Source of the DNA: Escherichia coli
Lineage (GTDB): Bacteria; Pseudomonadota; Gammaproteobacteria; Enterobacterales; Enterobacteriaceae
Assembly (NCBI RefSeq): GCF_003334335.1
Contig: NZ_QOWQ01000014.1
Length of the DNA: 64,000 nucleotides
Strand: one strand, 5' to 3'
The notes below the pieces were generated by a model. It did not search any database. It saw only the letters and a list, made by a program, of their open reading frames with translations, and was not told the origin of the DNA. Below, one piece after another: positions 11,549 to 20,755 of the stretch (position 1 is the first letter of the stretch; every line of letters begins with the position of its first letter). The translations under genes and the position numbers were made by a program.

Positions 11549-11860
11549 AATATGCCGCCCAAAGGGCGGCATTCGGGCTTACTTGCTGCTCTGAAGGTTG
11601 TTAACCACCAGTAAATTGTCGCCGGAGAGACTCCGGTTATTATTTACCTCGGTTAACAGCGCACCAGAAACAATAAGTACGATACAAAAGCACCGTATCT
11701 TCATTGTGCGGTCCATGCGAAGACCGCATCACGACAGCACCACTGGCGATATTGCCGCGATAGCAAGCGCTGTGAAACACCTGCATTTACGGCCACGGAA
11801 CATCCTTTCCTAAAGCCAGCGCCCGTTTGCGAGACGGCGGAAAGGGCCGCAGTGGATAAT
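11549..11860 (-). ncRNA. ryfA: RyfA-like ~300-nt transcript (small-protein mRNA / sRNA) in the sseB-sseA intergenic region; ends at the hairpin 11554..11570
   Basis: Minus-strand unit inferred from an intrinsic terminator oriented for the minus strand (stem gccgccc/gggcggc at 11554..11570, U-tract given by the complement of 11545..11553), a minus-strand TATTAT -10-like hexamer at 11866..11871 (no convincing -35 found) and the enclosed small ORF. Position matches my recollection of where ryfA lies relative to sseB. Exact ends are uncertain. Confidence 0.45.
11579..11716 (-). CDS. Candidate small membrane protein, 45 codons (41 from the second ATG at 11704): MDRTMKIRCFCIVLIVSGALLTEVNNNRSLSGDNLLVVNNLQSSK; TimP-like type I toxin candidate
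   Basis: Hand translation of the minus strand. Hydrophobic N-terminal segment IRCFCIVLIVSGALL followed by a polar Asn-rich tail. Stop codon lies 8 nt upstream of the terminator hairpin. No strong Shine-Dalgarno sequence seen. Below the ORF track's length cutoff. Confidence 0.4.
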   Translation of the reverse strand: MDRTMKIRCFCIVLIVSGALLTEVNNNRSLSGDNLLVVNNLQSSK

Positions 11861-12027
11861 ACACTAACAGAACAATAATAACTCTCTTTTGCTTGACAAA
11901 AAGAGAGTTACTGGCGAGTATTGTCTCCGCTGAGACGCGCTTGCATTACTACGGTAATACAACCTGCTGGAAAGGCCGCGAACCGGACCAGCAACAAAAA
12001 ACCGCCTGATTTTGGCGGTTTTTTGTT
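11834..12027 (+). ncRNA. sRNA-like module copy 1 (~194 bp): internal inverted repeat around TTGACA, conserved 22-nt box, intrinsic terminator
   Basis: Inverted repeat actctctttt/aaaagagagt flanks gcTTGACA (11893..11898). Conserved box cctgctggaaaggccgcgaacc at 11963..11984. Hairpin aaaaaaccgcc-tgatttt-ggcggtttttt near 11995..12027 with T-tracts on both strands, so strand assignment is tentative. Longest internal ORF is 12 codons. Confidence 0.4.
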
Positions 12028-12155
12028 TTTTAAAGGAAAGTGAATTTACATGTTTAAGTAATATCTTTTACCGGTTAGAATTTTTAATTTTGAGCAGGAT
12101 TTGTTTATATTTGTCTGAATTCGGACTAATAAGCCAGGTTATTTTATTACCGAAC

Positions 12156-12349
12156 ACGGCGGAAAGGGCCGGTGTCGATAATACGCTAAATAAACAATAA
12201 TTACTCTCTTTTGCTTGACAAAAAGAGAGTTACTGGTGAGTATTGTTTTGCTGTGAAGCACCTGCGTTGCTCATGTAACACAAGTCAACCTGCTGGAAAG
12301 GCCGCGAACCAGACTAGCAATAAAAAACCGCCAAATTCGGCGGTTTTTT
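12156..12349 (+). ncRNA. sRNA-like module copy 2 (~194 bp), diverged paralogue of copy 1
   Basis: Same architecture 322 bp downstream: identical start acggcggaaagggcc, same inverted repeat and TTGACA, identical 22-nt box at 12289..12310, terminator aaaaaaccgcc-aaattc-ggcggtttttt at 12322..12349. Central part diverged (roughly 75-80% identity by eye). Longest ORF 14 codons. The terminator also closes sseA on the minus strand. Confidence 0.35.
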
Positions 12350-12365
12350 ATTGCCTGTAAAATAC

Positions 12366-13211
12366 TTATTTCACTGGCTCAACCGGTAAATCTGCCCGCG
12401 CGCCCCATTCACTCCATGCGCCGTCGTACAGTTTCACGTTTGGCACATCCAGCGTCGCGAGTGCTAACAAAACCACGGCTGCCGTTACACCAGAGCCGCA
12501 GCTGACGATAATTGGTTTGTCGTAGCTGACGCCGCGACCAAAAAATATCGCATCCAGTTCATCGGTCGTTTTTAGTTCGCCTTCGCGCACCAGTTCCGTC
12601 CACGGAACATTCAGTGCTCCGGGAATATGTCCGCGACGTAAACCTGGGCGAGGTTCATCAACTTCTGCGTTAAAACGTGCAGCCGGGCGGGCATCAATAA
12701 TTTGCGCCGTATTTTCATGGCTTGCCAATAATACATCGGTTACTTTCACCACGGCTTCAGGATTAAACGCGGCGTTAAACTCTCCTTCCGGCAGCTCTAC
12801 TGCACCTTCTTCTAACAGCAGATCATCGCGCTGCCAGCCTGCAAGTCCACCCCCCAGAATCGACACTTTCTCTACACCAAAGGTGCGCAGCATCCACCAT
12901 GCTCGTGGGGCTGAGAAAAGATTACCTTCGTCATAGACAATCAGGTGCTTATCCTGGTTAACGCCTAATTCACGCATCGCCACGGCGAACGTTTCCGGGC
13001 GCGGCAGCATGTGCGGAAGCGGGGAAGTGTGATCAGAAAGCGCTTCGATATCAAAAAACACTGCGCCGGGAATATGTCCATTCAGATACTCCTGAGCAAC
13101 GTTACGATCCTCCTGTCCAGGCGACGCCATGCGGGCATCGATAATCTGAATTTCCGGGTCATCAATATGTTCGGCGAGCCAGTCGGCTCCTACAAACCAT
13201 GTCGTGGACAT
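12366..13211 (-). CDS. sseA: 3-mercaptopyruvate sulfurtransferase SseA (tandem rhodanese domains)
   Basis: ORF 12366..13370. Start trimmed to internal ATG (MSTTWFVGADWLAEHIDD...) for 281 aa. Catalytic-cysteine context CGSGVTA present. Confidence 0.9.
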   Translation of the reverse strand: MSTTWFVGADWLAEHIDDPEIQIIDARMASPGQEDRNVAQEYLNGHIPGAVFFDIEALSDHTSPLPHMLPRPETFAVAMRELGVNQDKHLIVYDEGNLFSAPRAWWMLRTFGVEKVSILGGGLAGWQRDDLLLEEGAVELPEGEFNAAFNPEAVVKVTDVLLASHENTAQIIDARPAARFNAEVDEPRPGLRRGHIPGALNVPWTELVREGELKTTDELDAIFFGRGVSYDKPIIVSCGSGVTAAVVLLALATLDVPNVKLYDGAWSEWGARADLPVEPVK

Positions 13212-13417
13212 AGGCATCTCCATTTTTGCCGGGGTTAGGCTAAATTGTCGGATGTTTAGTGAAAAGCGACAAGCAAAAGAGGCTGATTTGGCTGTCTGAG
13301 CCACAATTCTCACTAAAATTCGGATTGTATGGGCGTGATACTGAATTACATAACGTAAATTCTCACGCATAATAATTATTCGACGTTGCTAACGGGCCAT
13401 TGTGGCAGGGATGAAAA

Positions 13418-16400
13418 ATGAAAAAGTTACGCGTAGCCGCCTGCATGCTAATGCTGGCGCTGGCAGGGTGCGACAACAACGATAACGCGCCAACAGCGGT
13501 GAAAAAAGATGCGCCTTCTGAAGTTACTAAAGCGGCCTCTTCAGAAAACGCGAGTTCAGCAAAACTCTCCGTGCCGGAGAGACAAAAACTGGCCCAACAG
13601 AGTGCCGGTAAGGTGCTGACATTGCTGGATCTCTCTGAAGTCCAACTTGATGGTGCAGCCACGCTGGTGCTGACGTTCTCCATCCCTCTCGACCCGGATC
13701 AGGATTTCTCACGCGTTATTCATGTCGTCGATAAAAAAAGCGGCAAAGTGGATGGTGCCTGGGAGCTGTCAGATAATCTTAAAGAGTTACGTTTACGCCA
13801 CCTCGAACCGAAACGTGATTTGATCGTTACTATTGGCAAGGAGGTCAAAGCACTCAACAACGCAACCTTCAGTAAAGATTACGAAAAAACTATAACTACC
13901 CGCGACATCCAACCCAGCGTCGGTTTTGCCAGCCGTGGTTCGCTGCTGCCTGGCAAAGTCGTTGAAGGGCTGCCGGTAATGGCGCTCAACGTTAATAATG
14001 TCGATGTTAACTTCTTCCGCGTTAAGCCAGAATCTCTGCCAGCATTCATTAGCCAATGGGAATACCGCAATTCGCTGGCGAACTGGCAGTCAGACAAACT
14101 GCTGCAGATGGCGGATCTGGTCTACACCGGACGGTTTGATCTCAATCCTGCGCGTAACACCCGTGAAAAATTATTGCTGCCGCTGGGCGATATCAAACCG
14201 CTTCAGCAGGCGGGCGTGTATCTGGCTGTGATGAATCAGGCTGGACGTTACGATTACAGTAATCCCGCGACGCTGTTTACGTTAAGTGATATCGGCGTTT
14301 CAGCTCACCGTTATCACAATCGTCTGGATATCTTTACCCAAAGTCTGGAAAACGGCGCGGCCCAGCAAGGAATTGAAGTCTCTTTATTAAATGAGAAAGG
14401 GCAGACTCTGACTCAGGCAACCAGTGACGCTCAGGGGCATGTGCAGCTGGAAAATGATAAAAACGCGGCATTACTGTTGGCGCGTAAAGACGGTCAGACA
14501 ACGCTACTCGATTTAAAACTTCCGGCGCTGGACTTAGCAGAATTTAACATTGCTGGCGCGCCAGGCTATAGCAAACAGTTTTTCATGTTTGGCCCACGCG
14601 ATCTTTATCGCCCAGGTGAAACGGTAATCCTCAATGGTTTGCTGCGTGATGCAGACGGTAAAGCGTTGCCCAATCAACCCATCAAGTTAGACGTGATTAA
14701 ACCCGATGGGCAGGTACTCAGGAGCGTCGTTAGTCAGCCGGAGAATGGCCTCTACCACTTTACCTGGCCACTCGATAGCAATGCGGCAACCGGTATGTGG
14801 CATATTCGCGCTAACACGGGCGATAATCAGTATCGGATGTGGGATTTCCACGTCGAAGATTTTATGCCAGAGCGCATGGCGCTGAATCTGACCGGTGAGA
14901 AAACCCCGCTAACGCCGAAAGATGAAGTGAAATTCTCCGTGGTGGGGTACTACCTGTATGGTGCACCTGCTAATGGTAATACTTTGCAAGGGCAACTTTT
15001 CCTGCGCCCACTGCGTGAAGCTGTGTCAGCCTTACCTGGTTTTGAATTCGGCGATATAGCTGCCGAAAATCTTTCCCGCACGCTGGATGAAGTTCAGTTG
15101 ACGCTGGATGATAAAGGGCGCGGCGAAGTTTCTACAGAAAGCCAGTGGAAGGAAACGCATTCCCCATTACAGGTTATTTTCCAGGGTAGTTTGCTGGAAT
15201 CGGGCGGTCGCCCGGTGACGCGCCGCGCTGAGCAGGCTATCTGGCCTGCCGATGCATTGCCGGGGATCCGTCCGCAGTTCGCCTCGAAATCGGTTTACGA
15301 TTATCGTACTGACAGCACGGTGAAACAGCCCATTGTTGATGAAGGCAGTAACGCCGCTTTTGACATCGTTTATAGCGATGCGCAAGGCGTGAAAAAAGCC
15401 GTGTCGGGCTTGCAGGTGCGCCTGATTCGCGAACGCCGCGATTACTACTGGAACTGGTCAGAAGATGAAGGCTGGCAGTCACAGTTTGATCAAAAAGATC
15501 TGATCGAAAATGAACAAACTCTGGATCTGAAAGCGGACGAAACCGGCAAGGTCAGTTTTCCGGTAGAGTGGGGCGCTTATCGTCTGGAAGTCAAAGCGCC
15601 GAATGAAGCGGTCAGTAGTGTTCGTTTCTGGGCTGGCTATAGCTGGCAGGACAACAGCGACGGTAGCGGCGCAGTGCGACCCGACCGTGTCACGCTGAAA
15701 CTGGATAAAGCCAGTTATCGCCCTGGCGACACCATTAAGTTGCATATCGCCGCGCCAACGGCGGGTAAAGGTTATGCGATGGTCGAGTCCAGTGAAGGGC
15801 CGCTGTGGTGGCAAGAGATTGATGTTCGGGCTCAAGGGCTGGATCTGACGATTCCGGTCGATAAAACCTGGAATCGTCATGATCTGTATTTAAGTACGCT
15901 GGTGGTACGTCCTGGCGATAAATCTCGCTCCGCGACGCCAAAACGCGCGGTTGGTGTGTTGCATCTGCCGCTTGGCGATGAAAACCGTCGCCTCGATCTG
16001 GCGCTGGAAACACCAGCAAAAATGCGTCCCAATCAACCATTAACCGTGAAAATTAAAGCCAGCACTAAAAATGGCGAGAAGCCTAAACAGGTGAATGTGC
16101 TGGTGTCTGCCGTTGATAGTGGTGTGCTGAATATTACTGACTACGTCACGCCAGATCCGTGGCAGGCGTTCTTTGGTCAGAAACGCTATGGCGCAGACAT
16201 TTACGATATTTACGGTCAGGTTATTGAAGGTCAGGGGCGTCTGGCAGCTCTGCGTTTCGGTGGCGATGGTGATGAGCTGAAACGTGGTGGTAAACCGCCG
16301 GTCAATCACGTCAATATTGTCGTGCAGCAGGCGCTGCCGGTAACGCTCAACGAACAGGGCGAAGGCTCGGTTACACTGCCGATTGGCGATTTTAACGGTG

Positions 16401-18379
16401 AATTGCGCGTCATGGCGCAAGCCTGGACGGCAGATGACTTCGGTAGCAACGAAAGTAAAGTGATAGTTGCCGCACCGGTGATTGCTGAACTGAACATGCC
16501 GCGCTTTATGGCGAGTGGCGATACCTCGCGTCTGACGCTGGATATCACTAATCTTACCGGTAAACCGCAAAAACTGAACGTTGCCCTGACCGCCAGTGGT
16601 TTGCTTGAACTGGTCAGCGATTCACCCGCAGCCGTTGAATTAGCGCCAGGTGTGCGTACTACGCTGTTTATCCCGGTGCGAGCATTGCCGGGTTATGGCG
16701 ATGGAGAAATTCAGGCCACCATTAGCGGGTTAGCGTTACCGGGTGAAACCGTTGCCGATCAGCATAAGCAGTGGAAAATCGGCGTCCGTCCGGCGTTCCC
16801 GGCACAAACGGTTAATTACGGTACGGCGTTACAGCCTGGTGAGACATGGGCGATTCCGGCGGATGGATTGCAAAACTTCTCGCCTGTTACGCTGGAAGGG
16901 CAATTGTTGTTGAGCGGCAAACCACCGCTGAACATCGCACGTTATATCAAAGAGTTAAAAGCGTATCCGTACGGCTGTCTTGAGCAAACCGCCAGCGGCC
17001 TGTTTCCGTCACTTTATACCAACGCAGCCCAACTGCAGGCGTTGGGCATCAAAGGCGACAGTGATGAGAAACGCCGTGCATCGGTCGATATCGGCATTTC
17101 CCGTTTGCTGCAAATGCAACGTGATAACGGCGGCTTTGCGCTGTGGGATAAAAACGGTGACGAAGAGTACTGGCTGACGGCTTACGTGATGGATTTCCTG
17201 GTCCGCGCAGGCGAACAGGGTTACAGCGTGCCGACAGACGCCATTAACCGGGGTAATGAGCGTCTGCTGCGCTATTTACAAGATCCGGGCATGATGTCGA
17301 TCCCGTACGCGGATAATCTCAAAGCCAGTAAATTCGCCGTACAGTCTTACGCTGCGCTGGTGTTGGCCCGTCAGCAAAAGGCTCCGCTGGGTGCGCTGCG
17401 TGAAATCTGGGAGCATCGTGCAGATGCCGCTTCTGGTTTACCGCTGCTGCAACTTGGCGTTGCGCTGAAAACCATGGGTGATGCGACGCGTGGTGAAGAA
17501 GCGATTGCGCTGGCGCTGAAAACGCCGCGTAATAGTGATGAGCGGATATGGCTGGGTGATTACGGTAGTTCACTGCGCGACAACGCGTTAATGCTCTCCT
17601 TGCTGGAAGAAAATAAACTGCTACCCGATGAGCAGTACACTTTGCTGAACACACTTTCGCAGCAGGCGTTTGGTGAACGCTGGCTATCGACGCAGGAAAG
17701 TAACGCGTTGTTCCTGGCTGCCCGTACGATTCAGGATTTACCCGGTAAATGGCAGGCGCAAACCTCTTTCTCAGCTGAGCAGCTGACAGGCGAGAAAGCG
17801 CAAAACAGCAATCTGAATAGCGATCAACTTGTCACCTTGCAGGTGAGCAACAGTGGCGATCAGCCGTTATGGTTGCGTATGGATGCCAGCGGTTATCCGC
17901 AATCCGCACCTTTACCGGCGAACAATGTGCTGCAAATCGAGCGTCATATTCTTGGTACTGATGGTAAGAGCAAATCGCTGGACTCGTTACGTAGCGGCGA
18001 TCTGGTGCTGGTGTGGTTGCAGGTAAAAGCCAGTAACAGCGTGCCGGATGCGTTAGTCGTGGATCTGCTGCCTGCGGGTCTGGAACTGGAAAACCAGAAT
18101 CTGGCGAACGGTAGCGCCAGCCTGGAGCAAAGTGGTGGCGAAGTGCAGAACTTACTGAACCAGATGCAGCAGGCGAGCATTAAGCACATTGAGTTCCGTG
18201 ACGATCGCTTTGTGGCGGCGGTTGCCGTTGATGAATACCAACCGGTAACGCTGGTGTATCTGGCGCGGGCGGTGACGCCGGGAACGTATCAGGTACCGCA
18301 ACCGATGGTGGAATCAATGTATGTTCCCCAATGGCGGGCGACCGGCGCGGCTGAAGATCTGCTGATTGTCAGACCGTAA
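13418..18379 (+). CDS. yfhM: Alpha-2-macroglobulin family lipoprotein YfhM (ECAM), 1653 aa
   Basis: Lipoprotein signal MKKLRVAACMLMLALAGC. Thioester motif GCLEQ encoded at 16973..16987, in frame. Confidence 0.95.
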   Translation: MKKLRVAACMLMLALAGCDNNDNAPTAVKKDAPSEVTKAASSENASSAKLSVPERQKLAQQSAGKVLTLLDLSEVQLDGAATLVLTFSIPLDPDQDFSRVIHVVDKKSGKVDGAWELSDNLKELRLRHLEPKRDLIVTIGKEVKALNNATFSKDYEKTITTRDIQPSVGFASRGSLLPGKVVEGLPVMALNVNNVDVNFFRVKPESLPAFISQWEYRNSLANWQSDKLLQMADLVYTGRFDLNPARNTREKLLLPLGDIKPLQQAGVYLAVMNQAGRYDYSNPATLFTLSDIGVSAHRYHNRLDIFTQSLENGAAQQGIEVSLLNEKGQTLTQATSDAQGHVQLENDKNAALLLARKDGQTTLLDLKLPALDLAEFNIAGAPGYSKQFFMFGPRDLYRPGETVILNGLLRDADGKALPNQPIKLDVIKPDGQVLRSVVSQPENGLYHFTWPLDSNAATGMWHIRANTGDNQYRMWDFHVEDFMPERMALNLTGEKTPLTPKDEVKFSVVGYYLYGAPANGNTLQGQLFLRPLREAVSALPGFEFGDIAAENLSRTLDEVQLTLDDKGRGEVSTESQWKETHSPLQVIFQGSLLESGGRPVTRRAEQAIWPADALPGIRPQFASKSVYDYRTDSTVKQPIVDEGSNAAFDIVYSDAQGVKKAVSGLQVRLIRERRDYYWNWSEDEGWQSQFDQKDLIENEQTLDLKADETGKVSFPVEWGAYRLEVKAPNEAVSSVRFWAGYSWQDNSDGSGAVRPDRVTLKLDKASYRPGDTIKLHIAAPTAGKGYAMVESSEGPLWWQEIDVRAQGLDLTIPVDKTWNRHDLYLSTLVVRPGDKSRSATPKRAVGVLHLPLGDENRRLDLALETPAKMRPNQPLTVKIKASTKNGEKPKQVNVLVSAVDSGVLNITDYVTPDPWQAFFGQKRYGADIYDIYGQVIEGQGRLAALRFGGDGDELKRGGKPPVNHVNIVVQQALPVTLNEQGEGSVTLPIGDFNGELRVMAQAWTADDFGSNESKVIVAAPVIAELNMPRFMASGDTSRLTLDITNLTGKPQKLNVALTASGLLELVSDSPAAVELAPGVRTTLFIPVRALPGYGDGEIQATISGLALPGETVADQHKQWKIGVRPAFPAQTVNYGTALQPGETWAIPADGLQNFSPVTLEGQLLLSGKPPLNIARYIKELKAYPYGCLEQTASGLFPSLYTNAAQLQALGIKGDSDEKRRASVDIGISRLLQMQRDNGGFALWDKNGDEEYWLTAYVMDFLVRAGEQGYSVPTDAINRGNERLLRYLQDPGMMSIPYADNLKASKFAVQSYAALVLARQQKAPLGALREIWEHRADAASGLPLLQLGVALKTMGDATRGEEAIALALKTPRNSDERIWLGDYGSSLRDNALMLSLLEENKLLPDEQYTLLNTLSQQAFGERWLSTQESNALFLAARTIQDLPGKWQAQTSFSAEQLTGEKAQNSNLNSDQLVTLQVSNSGDQPLWLRMDASGYPQSAPLPANNVLQIERHILGTDGKSKSLDSLRSGDLVLVWLQVKASNSVPDALVVDLLPAGLELENQNLANGSASLEQSGGEVQNLLNQMQQASIKHIEFRDDRFVAAVAVDEYQPVTLVYLARAVTPGTYQVPQPMVESMYVPQWRATGAAEDLLIVRP

Positions 18380-20692
18380 ATGCCTCGCTTGTTAACCAAA
18401 CGCGGCTGCTGGATAACGTTGGCAGCCGCGCCCTTTCTCCTTTTTCTTGCAGCGTGGGGAGCAGATAAACTCTGGCCTCTACCGCTGCATGAAGTCAATC
18501 CCGCACGAGTGGTCGTGGCGCAGGATGGTACGCCGCTCTGGCGCTTCGCCGATGCTGACGGCATCTGGCGTTATCCGGTAACAATCGAAGATGTTTCTCC
18601 ACGTTACCTTGAAGCGCTGATCAATTATGAAGATCGCTGGTTCTGGAAGCATCCGGGGGTGAATCCATTCTCGGTGGCGCGCGCAGCATGGCAAGATCTC
18701 ACTTCGGGACGGGTTATTTCCGGTGGCAGCACGCTCACTATGCAGGTTGCTCGTCTGCTTGATCCTCACCCCAAAACATTTGGCGGCAAAATTCGCCAGC
18801 TCTGGCGCGCGTTGCAACTGGAATGGCATCTGTCTAAGCGTGAAATTCTGACCTTGTATCTTAACCGCGCTCCGTTTGGCGGTACGTTGCAGGGGATCGG
18901 TGCGGCAAGTTGGGCTTATCTCGGAAAATCGCCTGCGAATTTAAGCTATTCCGAGGCGGCAATGCTGGCGGTTTTGCCGCAAGCGCCCAGCCGTCTTCGC
19001 CCGGATCGTTGGCCGGAGCGTGCCGAAGCCGCGCGTAATAAAGTGCTCGAACGGATGGCCGTGCAAGGTGTGTGGTCCCGTGAGCAGGTAAAAGAGTCAA
19101 GGGAAGAACCCATCTGGCTGGCCCCCCGACAAATGCCGCAACTGGCACCGCTGTTTTCGCGCATGATGCTCGGTAAAAGCAAAAGCGACAAAATCACTAC
19201 TACGTTGGATGCCGGTCTTCAACGACGTCTGGAAGAACTGGCGCAAAACTGGAAAGGGCGGTTGCCACCGCGCAGCTCACTGGCGATAATCGTGGTTGAT
19301 CATACCGATATGCGTGTTCGCGGCTGGGTGGGATCGGTTGATCTCAACGATGATTCACGCTTTGGTCATGTTGATATGGTCAATTCGATCCGATCGCCAG
19401 GATCAGTGCTCAAACCGTTTGTTTATGGTCTGGCGCTGGATGAAGGCTTGATCCACCCGGCATCACTGCTGCAAGACGTCCCCCGGCGCACCGGTGATTA
19501 TCGACCAGGTAACTTTGATAGCGGTTTTCATGGCCCGATCAGCATGAGCGAGGCGCTGGTGCGCTCGCTGAACTTACCTGCTGTGCAGGTGCTGGAAGCC
19601 TATGGACCGAAACGGTTTGCGGCAAAGTTACGCAATGTTGGATTGCCGTTATATTTGCCCAACGGTGCTGCGCCGAATCTTTCACTCATTCTCGGCGGCG
19701 CTGGTGCAAAACTGGAAGATATGGCGGCAGCGTATACCGCGTTTGCTCGCCACGGCAAGGCAGGCAAATTGCGCTTACAGCCTGACGATCCGCTGCTTGA
19801 ACGGCCTTTAATGTCGTCGGGGGCGGCGTGGATCATTCGCCGGATTATGGCTGATGAAGCGCAACCCTTGCCGGATAGTGCCTTGCCGCGCGTCGCCCCA
19901 CTGGCATGGAAAACGGGCACCAGCTATGGCTATCGTGACGCCTGGGCGATTGGGGTTAACGCTCGCTATGTCATTGGGATCTGGACTGGCAGACCGGACG
20001 GCACGCCCGTTGTTGGTCAGTTTGGCTTTGCCAGTGCCGTACCATTGTTGAATCAGGTCAATAATATCTTACTGTCGCGCAGTGCGAATCTGCCGGAAGA
20101 CCCGCGCCCGAACTCAGTCACTCGTGGCGTTATCTGCTGGCCGGGCGGACAGTCTTTGCCGGAAGGTGACGGTAACTGTCGCCGCCGCCTGGCAACCTGG
20201 CTGCTGGACGGGAGTCAGCCGCCAACTCTATTACTGCCGGAGCAGGAAGGCATTAATGGCATTCGTTTCCCCATCTGGCTGGATGAAAATGGCAAACGTG
20301 TTGCCGCTGATTGCCCGCAAGCGCGACAAGAAATGATAAATGTCTGGCCGCTACCGCTGGAACCCTGGCTGCCCGCATCAGAACGTCGCGCTGTGCGCTT
20401 ACCACCGGCCTCGACAAGTTGCCCGCCATACGGTCACGATGCCCAGCTCCCGCTGCAGCTGACAGGCGTTCGCGATGGCGCGATTATTAAACGTTTACCG
20501 GGCGCAGCGGAAGCGACTTTGCCGTTGCAATCAAGTGGAGGGGCAGGTGAACGCTGGTGGTTTCTGAATGGCGAACCGTTAACTGAACGCGGGCGCAACG
20601 TGACCCTGCATTTGACGGATAAAGGTGATTATCAATTGCTGGTGATGGATGACGTGGGGCAAATCGCGACAGTGAAATTTGTCATGCAATAG
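18380..20692 (+). CDS. pbpC: Penicillin-binding protein 1C (glycosyltransferase/transpeptidase)
   Basis: ORF 770 aa, MPRLLTKRGCWITLAAAPFLLFLAAWG... ATG immediately follows the yfhM stop codon (TAA-ATG). Confidence 0.95.
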   Translation: MPRLLTKRGCWITLAAAPFLLFLAAWGADKLWPLPLHEVNPARVVVAQDGTPLWRFADADGIWRYPVTIEDVSPRYLEALINYEDRWFWKHPGVNPFSVARAAWQDLTSGRVISGGSTLTMQVARLLDPHPKTFGGKIRQLWRALQLEWHLSKREILTLYLNRAPFGGTLQGIGAASWAYLGKSPANLSYSEAAMLAVLPQAPSRLRPDRWPERAEAARNKVLERMAVQGVWSREQVKESREEPIWLAPRQMPQLAPLFSRMMLGKSKSDKITTTLDAGLQRRLEELAQNWKGRLPPRSSLAIIVVDHTDMRVRGWVGSVDLNDDSRFGHVDMVNSIRSPGSVLKPFVYGLALDEGLIHPASLLQDVPRRTGDYRPGNFDSGFHGPISMSEALVRSLNLPAVQVLEAYGPKRFAAKLRNVGLPLYLPNGAAPNLSLILGGAGAKLEDMAAAYTAFARHGKAGKLRLQPDDPLLERPLMSSGAAWIIRRIMADEAQPLPDSALPRVAPLAWKTGTSYGYRDAWAIGVNARYVIGIWTGRPDGTPVVGQFGFASAVPLLNQVNNILLSRSANLPEDPRPNSVTRGVICWPGGQSLPEGDGNCRRRLATWLLDGSQPPTLLLPEQEGINGIRFPIWLDENGKRVAADCPQARQEMINVWPLPLEPWLPASERRAVRLPPASTSCPPYGHDAQLPLQLTGVRDGAIIKRLPGAAEATLPLQSSGGAGERWWFLNGEPLTERGRNVTLHLTDKGDYQLLVMDDVGQIATVKFVMQ

Positions 20693-20755
20693 TCTGTTTT
20701 GTCCCTGATTGTTGCTAAAACTCATTTTATTTTAAAAAAATGTTACCTTCATCAA

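Noticed and set aside
11598-11813. 71-aa plus-strand ORF in the sseB-sseA spacer
   Set aside because: Antisense to the small hydrophobic ORF, basic and low-complexity, with no terminator on its own strand. The minus-strand reading is better supported, but this remains an alternative.
12012-12200. 62-aa plus-strand ORF between the two sRNA-like modules
   Set aside because: It starts inside the module-1 terminator hairpin and crosses AT-rich spacer; implausible as a gene.
11834-12349. Possible insertion sequence or MITE (terminal inverted repeats around the tandem modules)
   Set aside because: The repeats are direct, not inverted. There is no transposase ORF and no target-site duplication. 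Small-RNA modules explain them better.
13363-13683. 106-aa minus-strand ORF overlapping the yfhM start
   Set aside because: Antisense to the yfhM signal-peptide region; no supporting signals.
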